Shown piece after piece: positions 48,261-56,313 of a stretch of DNA of 56,313 bases. Within the stretch, counting starts at the first letter, position 1, and each line of letters begins with the position of its first letter. The translations under genes and the position numbers were made by a program. This stretch comes from Girardia tigrina (taxonomy: Eukaryota). The notes beneath the pieces are model-generated. The model was not told where the DNA came from and ran no database searches. It worked only from the letters and a program-made list of their open reading frames with translations. The stretch lies in NCBI GenBank assembly GCA_001938485.1, contig MQRK01191162.1:1-56313 (forward strand), read 5' to 3'.

Positions 48261-49742
48261 TCAAATATTTAAATCCATTCTGATACAGTCGGGTTTTGAG
48301 TTCTTCTTCTGCAAATTAACGAAACCAAAGAATTGATCGGTGGCAGAGGAATTACAATTGGTCGAGGTAATGTCGTTGTTGTCGTCGTCGTCGTCGTGAT
48401 CCTCATCGTCGATAATCCTCGACCGAGTAACACACGTTTTATGCGGACAATAATAGTACAAGTGAGACGCCATCGAGTCGCCATGCATCGACTGATAACC
48501 GCACGAGCAAATCAATACGCCCCGCTGATAAATATCGATCGATTTGCAGTTACTATTGTTGCTGCCGCTGCTGCTGGTGTGATTGTGATTGTTATTGTTG
48601 GCGTTGCAAGCGGCGTTATTCGAGTTATTGGCGACACCGATCGCGACTGATTGATTGACATTGGAATCCGATTGAAAGTTATGAATCAATCGATTGTGCC
48701 GGCGGAACGCCGCGACGCAATACGACCGGAATCCGCAATGCGAGCACAAATTGAACGATTGGAAATGCGTGGCGAGATTCGTCGACAAATACTCGCGACA
48801 CTCGACGCAATTCATCGGCAGCCGGTACGACCCGATCGTCAATCGAGCGATATCGATCGGTTGATTGGTCGATGCGTTGAGCGATTTTTTGATGATTTTC
48901 TGCGGCTGGTTCGCGGACGACGCGACAGAACCGACCGACGAGAGATCGGACGCGACCGGCAGCGGTTTGCCGTCGTGGTAGACGGTCTTGTGGAAGATGA
49001 GCGCGAGTTTGGTGGTGAATTTGAGCACGCATTTGTCGCACGCGAACTGTTTCTTGGACAGATGCTTCTCGATATGTGTGAGGAACGCCGTGGCGTCGAG
49101 ACAGCACGACGACGACGACGACGAGGACGACTGAGACAGCTCGAACGATTGGATACAGAACGGACAAATGAGATATTCGGTCGATTTGTGGTTGTCGTGG
49201 AAATGCTGCTTCAATTGCGACAGAATCGACGTGCGATAGAAATTGCACACGAAGCACACGTACGGCATGTCCTGGTAGACGTGCTTGGACTCCAGGTGCT
49301 GGCCGAGACCGATTATCGATCGGAAATCCAGGCAACAGATCTCGCAGCGATAACAATTGCGTTGATTATCGATTGCTGTCGATTGGTTGGTGTCGTTGAA
49401 AATCGTGTTTGAGAGCGCTTGGAGCTTCGGGGACAAGAGCGAGTCGAGTGTGGAATAATCGGATTTGTAGTGGTCGATGATGTGATTGACGAAATGGCAA
49501 TTGAGGAACGATTGGTGACATTTGGGACAATCGATTGAATATTGTGGTTTGACGAATTTCCGGTTGATTGGATGTTGGATCGAGAGATACTTCTGGGAAA
49601 GATCTTCGACTCCGTAGAAGAAATGGAAAATATCGTTGTTTGTATCGGTGTTTGAGTCGTGATTGAAATCGTGATCGGTGGAGTTTTTTTTCACGAAAAT
49701 TATTTCCTCTTCTTCCGAGAGTGTCAGATCGATGCAATTCAT
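48261..49742 (-). CDS. Multi-C2H2 zinc-finger protein, ZNF280/POGZ-like, 493 aa, intronless
   Basis: CEICCLDF...QHLESKHVYQDMPYVCFVCNFYRTS...HFHDNHKSTEYLICPFC...CDKCVLKF...HKTVYH...CVEC...THF...CSHCGFRSYC follows the ZNF280/POGZ finger order (HM..H..GEMPYVCQVC.YRSS...HF...H..T..LLCPFC). Open ATG to TAA. Confidence 0.85.
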   Translation of the reverse strand: MNCIDLTLSEEEEIIFVKKNSTDHDFNHDSNTDTNNDIFHFFYGVEDLSQKYLSIQHPINRKFVKPQYSIDCPKCHQSFLNCHFVNHIIDHYKSDYSTLDSLLSPKLQALSNTIFNDTNQSTAIDNQRNCYRCEICCLDFRSIIGLGQHLESKHVYQDMPYVCFVCNFYRTSILSQLKQHFHDNHKSTEYLICPFCIQSFELSQSSSSSSSSCCLDATAFLTHIEKHLSKKQFACDKCVLKFTTKLALIFHKTVYHDGKPLPVASDLSSVGSVASSANQPQKIIKKSLNASTNQPIDIARLTIGSYRLPMNCVECREYLSTNLATHFQSFNLCSHCGFRSYCVAAFRRHNRLIHNFQSDSNVNQSVAIGVANNSNNAACNANNNNHNHTSSSGSNNSNCKSIDIYQRGVLICSCGYQSMHGDSMASHLYYYCPHKTCVTRSRIIDDEDHDDDDDNNDITSTNCNSSATDQFFGFVNLQKKNSKPDCIRMDLNI

Positions 49743-51306
49743 TGAGTTCGGGTTTTGTTGACGTTATTCTTATGGGAATTTCAATTTTATGAAGAAATAA
49801 TTTGTCACTTGGAGATTTTAGATTTGAGTAATCTATATTAATTAAATTGGTATATTAAAACAAATTTGTTTTATATTTTTGGATTTATTTAATGTCATAG
49901 AAAAAGAATTATTATTATTACTATAAACTAGTAAATCAAAAAACATTTTTTTATATACATGCATTATGCGGACAAAACTCTACTTTATTATTTTTTTTGT
50001 TATCTTTTATAAATATCAAAATTACTATAAAATTTTGATACATATATGGGTAGCAAGCAAATATAAAGGATGGAAAAAAACACAATTCATGTATTTAATG
50101 ATAATATATATATTTCGACGGATCACCTTTTATCATCAGGTTGCAATTTGATTGTTGATAATTGATTTGTCGAAATAAATGTTGTCATTAAATATATATT
50201 TTTAAATGACTGAATTTTGTTTTGATCATTAAAAAATTCTCATCCGAATTGAAAATTTAAAATAATATTATTATTATTTCAATTTTTTATTGCTATTATT
50301 TCGTAACAAAATATAAAAACTAAATTGTAATTTTTAAAATTACGAAATGATTTCGAATTTTAATTGCAAAAAAATTTACTTTCAAGAATGTAATTTTCGG
50401 AAATAATTTGTATTTACTTGGATTTTTGTCTGTTTTGTAAGGTATAGAATTATTTGGGTGTTGGGAATTATTTTTTTATTTTTACAATTATGTTAAGACT
50501 TGGGGAATATTTTGGCTATAATTCCCCTGATTATCGGATGAAGACTGGTTTGATAACATGCTCAACTTACCCTTCCCTACTATGTCATCTATAAACATAA
50601 AAGCTAAATTGTCATTTTGAAATTACAAAATGATTTGTAATTTCGATTATAAAAAAAATAAAAATGTAATAAAAGAATTACCTGCAAAAATGAAATTTTC
50701 GAATTGGATTTTCATTTGTGGATAATAATTTTTAATTGCTTGGATATATGTTTGTTTTGGTAAAAAAATAGAATTTTTGAGTAAGGGGCATTATTTTTTA
50801 TTTTAACAATTATTTTCATCCCCTTTATTAATTTATTTAAAGCTAGTCGGACTGAAATTCTAAGGAATTACAATCTCAATAGCTCATGGAGTCGTATGAA
50901 ATCCAACTCAACAAAAAGAGAATTTAATATTTTCTATATTCAATATTATATAAATTTAACAACAACCAACAAAAAATTTATTAAAATTTTTATTTTATAT
51001 TAACAAGTGTTCAGTTTCTAATTTTTTTAGTTAAAGTAAAATTTAAATTAAAAATATTTAAATATATATATATATATGTAATTAACCTTGGTAGAAATGT
51101 TAAAAATAATGGTATCTTTCTTTTTAAACATTAGGCCTTGCATTTCATCATTTTGTTTTAATTTTGCAACAATAAACACTGAGAATTACATAAATTAAAA
51201 TTTTCAATGTTTATAAAATTACAGATTATCTGCTTTTCTTAAAGAAATAAGAACACAATACTATAAATAACTATAGATATTTTTTACTACGACATAAATG
51301 TATACA

Positions 51307-52291
51307 CTAGTATTTAGTTTGCGAACCTTTGGCGAGAAGAACGGATTTCAATCGTCTTGGAATGGAATCATACATATGTTCTGAGGTTGAAATATTCTCC
51401 CATTCTTCCTGTATATAAGTCCATAAATCATTAGCTGATTGTTGATTACGCCTGCCAACATTTCTTTTAATGGTAGACCAGATATTCTCTATAATATTCA
51501 AATCCGGCGACTGTGGGGGTCAACCTGACATAACATATACTTTTTCTTTTTCAAAGTATTTTAATGTAGACTTCGACGTATGACATGTCGCACAATCTTG
51601 AATAAATACAGATGTAGTATCGTAAATCTTTAACAAGCCTTCTTTAAAAACAGCTTGATATCCCAAAGATTCCATTCTTTTAGTGAACTTTACAATGACT
51701 TTAGTACCATCACCTTTATTGGTACCCAATACCATTATGGATAATGGATGTTTAACCGTCTTGCAAACGTAGCAGTTACAAAACCTTGAATCTTTGGGTC
51801 GTCGGACATATTGCCGACGTGAACTTAACATTTCAATAATTGTCTCATCTGAATAAATCATCTTCTTCCATGTACTAATGTCTAATGCTGAATATGCCTT
51901 GGCCCAAGCAACTCTCTTTTTCATATTAATTTTGTTAATAAATGGTTTTTTGCTGCAATACGTCCGCAAAGACCTCCTCTACTTAAATATCTTTTAACTG
52001 TAGCCTTGGATAACTCTGTTGGGCCATTTGTGAGTCTATACACCTCGGCGGCTGAAAGAAACTGGTTTCTTTTGGAGGTACGACAAAGATTTCTTCTTTC
52101 TGGCAAGGTTGCTTTTATAGGTCTACCAGTCCTTTTACCGTCAGTAGTGCTTCCAAATTTTAGGTACTTTTTCCAATATAATCTGATGTTGATTGTCCTA
52201 GCATCAGATCTTCAGCAAACTCGATCTGCTCATAACCGGCTTTCATTTTTTTCACAATCAAATCTGTTATTTAGTCACTGATCCTAGGCAT
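51307..52291 (-). mobile_element. Tc1-family transposase pseudogene (near full length)
   Basis: RTGRP, AAKKPFI, IYSDET, FIQDCATCHTSK, PPQSPDLNIIENIW, SIPRRLKSVLLAKGSQTKY; stops and frameshifts. Confidence 0.93.
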
Positions 52292-52526
52292 TTCTAAAAT
52301 CAATATCTAAGATTAAACATTTAAAAACTATACAAAACATTAATTATAAGTTTAAAATAAAATAATAATATAAATAAAATAATTCCTATGTCTTAAACGT
52401 CATTGTTAACAAAAATATAAAAACTAGTAAAATTATGAATATGGCGTACTTTTATGATAAATCGTTAGATTATTAAAAAAATGATGAAATGTTTTATAAA
52501 TGTTTTAAATGTTTTAAAAGAAAGAT

Positions 52527-52570
<44 letters not shown>

Positions 52571-52761
52571 CTAGAACTGATAATGGCATTTTTAATAATA
52601 ATGAAAACAAAGGCCATTTTTTAATATTAAATTTTTTTGCAATACATACGCGTTTCACCATTTCGGCATCTTTAGTGCAATGATTTTGGTGTTTAACGAT
52701 GTTTCCAAGTGTTTCAAACGTTTTTCCAGAAAGCCCATCGATGATCCCTGAATAAACTGGG

Positions 52762-53514
52762 TTGTTTTGCGTACCTGTCTTACCTGGTTTTGATTGTTTT
52801 CCTAGGTCTCCAGCTGCTCCTGCCGGATTGCACTCTGCCCTACAGAAGCCCAATGACTTCCGCCCGGATGTCCAGAGTACCAGAAACAGTCGACCGGAGC
52901 CCAGAATGACTCAAACTTACCCGGGCCCTGCCTCGGGATCTGTCGGACAAACTTACCTGGGACCGGCTCCTAGGGATGGGAACCAAACTTACCTGGGACC
53001 GGCTCCGGGAAATGGGAACCTAACTTACCTGGGACCTGAGTGTAATGCTCACTCTGGAGTTTGGAACGAAACTTACCCGAGACCAGAACAGCAAGATGTC
53101 CGAGAGAGTGCGACCCGGAAGCCAGCAGACCGTTTAGATTCTCAGCGCCAGCAATGGCACCCTCTTCAGAGCGTGTTAAATCCCAGTGCTGGTGCTGCAG
53201 ATCCTCTGAGTGGAATCGATGGATCGGCTGGAGACCAGGAAGGAGACAACGGGCGCAAAAAAACCGGAAGTGATTTTAATATGAACGGTATTTCGCCATC
53301 GTATTATATAAAGTGTAATTTAGAGCTGCGACAATGAATTGAAGAAGCGCGGAATGGCAGGCTAACCAGATATCCATGCAAGTACCTCCTGCCACATCCT
53401 TTGAATAGATGCCCTCAAGCGATCGAGGTACACAGGGAGAATCTCCGGCTGGTAGGATGCGTAGACCAGCTGGTGGCCACGGCACGCAGAGGTGGGGGAT
53501 ATGCTGGGCAGTAG
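52762..53514 (+). other. GC-rich unknown ORF with 36-bp (12-aa) tandem repeats, between two TA-rich microsatellites
   Basis: Four copies of QTY(P/L)GP(A) plus one diverged copy; the frame continues 58 codons past a TGA at 53335-53337. Confidence 0.4.
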
Positions 53515-53721
53515 GAAGTAAATATTCTAATAATAAGATAGATGATAATGTTGGGGATGTGCCTTTGTTTTATCTATTTCATGCCTTTGTTTTATTTATT
53601 TTATTATAACCTGTTTATTTTGTTTTTGCAAATTTTATTTCATTATGTCTGTTTATTGTAAATAAAGACAATTTATAAATAATACGACGATATTATATAT
53701 TATATATTATATATTATATAT

Positions 53722-53783
<62 letters not shown>

Positions 53784-53837
53784 TAGAATTCATATTTAGT
53801 TGAAAATATTATATCTATTATAAATAATTTAATAGAA

Positions 53838-54843
53838 TGTTATATTTATTATTTGAACTTATTAAAAAATTATATTTATTTGAACTTACTAAAATATTAT
53901 ATTTATTAAGTTTATTTATTAAGATCAAGCGCAGAACAGATCAGGCGTAGATAGCTACGCAGTTTAAAATTATAAAAAATTATTATTATATGAATATATT
54001 CCTTCTTATGAACGTAGCCACGCAAGCTACGCAAAACAAAATAGTATAAATAGGAAATAAAAATGATAAAAAATCAGAAAATTAAATTCAGTTTAGGTAA
54101 GAACTTTATAGTTAAAACTAGAAAAATTAAATTCAGTTTAGAAACCGCAACGCGCAACCGTGCCTATTCGGAGAATGTTATTGATTTAGAAGAAGTTGAG
54201 AAATTTCGATACCAGTGGAATACCGATTGATTACCAAGAAGAAAATTATACCAAAGAAAATTATACCAGTTAAATATTGATTGATTCGTCAAAAGAAATT
54301 TATACCGATTGATTTGTCAAGAAGAAAATTATATCAAAGAAAAATTATACCAAAGAAATTTATACCGGATATCATTTTGGTTGAAGAAGTTGTCAGTTGA
54401 GAAGGATCGCTGAGGAGAAAATTATTTACTTAATCGGTGAGGATAACAAAGTTACTTATGATTATTATTATTATTAAACTTCAATATTATAAAATCAATA
54501 ATTTATATTATATATATCAATTCATAAAATCTTAATCCTTATTTACTAAAATCCTATTATCGTGGTCTGCAGTCGATGTACTGTGACCACCTCCAAAATC
54601 TCACATTACACATTGAGGACATTTGAATTACGTTGTAAAATCTTATTTGTAATTATTGTATATTTTAATAAATTTATTTGAAAAAAATTTCTTGTGTTGT
54701 CATTAAGTTATTAAATCCTATAATCTAGTTTAATCATTTATAAACTTTAGTGGAATGTTTAATTTATCTAAATTATATCTTCCTTTTCTGATATATTTCT
54801 ACGGAGGTTGAAAGTATTATCAAATCCCCCTCGAGACGTATCA
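53838..54843 (+). mobile_element. Putative 5' LTR of a Gypsy element
   Basis: TATA-like GTATAAATA at ~54044, internal GAAAATTATACC repeats, ends ...CGTATCA before a PBS. Left boundary uncertain. Confidence 0.5.
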
Positions 54844-54849
54844 GAATTT

Positions 54850-54867
54850 TGGTGCCGCGAACCGGGA
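54850..54867 (+). promoter_or_regulatory. Primer-binding site
   Basis: TGGTGCCGCGAACCGGGA, tRNA-3'-end-like (Phe/His-type start), upstream of gag. Confidence 0.75.
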
Positions 54868-55186
54868 CGAAAAATTCCTTGGTCGCGCATTTAATAAATC
54901 AATAAGTTTAAAACCTGATAATAAAATCAAAATCGAATTAATCTAATAAAGAGAGAATATTAATACTTATAACCAACTTGGGCTAGGTCCTTTGAGAATT
55001 AACCTTTGTTAACTTTCAGAGTACAAATTGAGATAAGTTTTTATTTAGATCGGATTCCGAAAGCAACAGAAGAATATTTTGTTAATTATTACTGAGTTTT
55101 AAATTTTTGAATCAATTTTCGTTGCTTTTTTTTAAGTTTCTTTTGATTTGAACCTTGTTAAACAACCACATACACATATACACATA

Positions 55187-56083
55187 ATGGATCACAAGAA
55201 AAGACAAAAGAACCAAGAAATCGTAGAGAATGGTTCTATGGTAGGAACCCCTACATTAAACAGAAAAATAAATAAAAGCTTCGACTACATTCCGATAGAC
55301 CCCTATGACGGAAAACCCGAACACTTCGATAAATATTTCGAAAATTACAAGAATCTTGCCAGCGCGTGCAATTGGACGGAAGCTGAGATGATCCAAAGGA
55401 TGCCTTTGTACCTAAAGGGTTATACGCTTCAAGCGTTTCTCAATATAAAAAGAGATAACATAAAGTCAATCAACGAATTGATTAAAATACTCAGAGGAAT
55501 CATAGTTGTCGATACCGAGCTAGCGAAATTGTACACACGAGCCTTTATGAATCTCACACAGCAACAAAAAGAAAATATAGTTGAATATATTTTCGCAGTG
55601 AGGGAATTAGTAGATAAGGCATCTGGAGAAAATACTCAGGTCAATAACATAATATTGGACCAATTTCAAAGCGGAGTACATGATTACATAAAGAGTGCAT
55701 TAGCATTAGTCGATTTCACTGATTTAAATGATTTGGTACAAAAAGCTAGGCGTATTGAAGCCAGCTATGTGAGTAGGGAAAAGCATAACCTAGAGTTATG
55801 TGCTTTTAACCCCTCACAAAATAAAAGAAATAATGGTGATAGAAATTCACCAAAAAATGCACTGAATCAACGAGGATTCAATACACGAGGTGGAACTGTT
55901 CGAAGAAACAGACCCACAAGTAATTACAGAAATAACTATCAGAATGATAGTTACGATCAGAACAATGATAATAATAGAAATAGCGGATATAGAGGTAATA
56001 ATTACAGAAGAAACGGTAGAAACAACTATAATAGAAATTATCAGGAAAAATACAACAATAGAAATTGTGAAGGACTCATGTGA
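55187..56083 (+). CDS. Ty3/Gypsy Gag (capsid plus N/R/Y-rich region), probably cut by an insertion at ~56066
   Basis: PYDGKPEHFDKYFENY...NWTE...LYLKG...LTQQQKENIVEY...QFQSGV...ARRIE. Abrupt switch to AT-rich sequence starting TGTGAAGG. Confidence 0.85.
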   Translation: MDHKKRQKNQEIVENGSMVGTPTLNRKINKSFDYIPIDPYDGKPEHFDKYFENYKNLASACNWTEAEMIQRMPLYLKGYTLQAFLNIKRDNIKSINELIKILRGIIVVDTELAKLYTRAFMNLTQQQKENIVEYIFAVRELVDKASGENTQVNNIILDQFQSGVHDYIKSALALVDFTDLNDLVQKARRIEASYVSREKHNLELCAFNPSQNKRNNGDRNSPKNALNQRGFNTRGGTVRRNRPTSNYRNNYQNDSYDQNNDNNRNSGYRGNNYRRNGRNNYNRNYQEKYNNRNCEGLM

Positions 56084-56313
56084 AAAGTTAATCCTTTAAA
56101 TTTTTGAATAAATAATTTTTTATAATATTTGAAATAAGTAAATATTTAAAATCAAAAGTTTTCTAAACTTTTCTAAATTAAAATCAAAAGTTTATCTAAT
56201 AATATAAAAAATATCGTAATTAATTTTAAAAAGTTATTTTCGAGAATAATCGAATTTTATTTGTAGTAAAAAAAACTTAAAATGAAATTAATTGGGAAAT
56301 AATGGATTTTTAA

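Noticed and set aside
48333-49737. Long alternative and antisense ORFs (253 aa +, 225 aa -, 123 aa -, 105 aa +) overlapping the zinc-finger gene
   Set aside because: Shadow frames expected from the GC/CpG-rich codon usage of the real gene; no recognisable motifs.

Overview
AT-rich, gap-containing eukaryotic (invertebrate metazoan-like) sequence made almost entirely of nested, mostly decayed transposable elements, plus one apparently intact host gene: an intronless ZNF280/POGZ-like C2H2 zinc-finger gene at 48261-49742 (-) with two local partial copies. The main highlight is a ~2.0-kb non-autonomous LTR retroelement (32166-34179, -). It has near-identical short LTRs, a tRNA-Leu PBS, a PPT and a perfect 5-bp TSD, and its visible cargo is an intronless, open boule/DAZ-family RRM gene rather than gag-pol. 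A second highlight is an RTE-like LINE (614-4444, -) that starts exactly at an HDV-like ribozyme and sits inside the GIY-YIG motif of a Penelope-like element, which itself carries a minimal hammerhead ribozyme. A third is a large LTR-like unit (8718-16229) with a tRNA-Pro PBS, no gag/pol, an array of short coiled-coil ORFs mostly preceded by a splice acceptor, an antisense ORF and a covarying structured LTR end. Also present are several Gypsy elements, hAT, MULE and Tc1/mariner remnants, MITEs and a decayed beta-tubulin pseudogene. All calls come from reading the sequence by eye; no database searches were run and the organism cannot be identified from this window.
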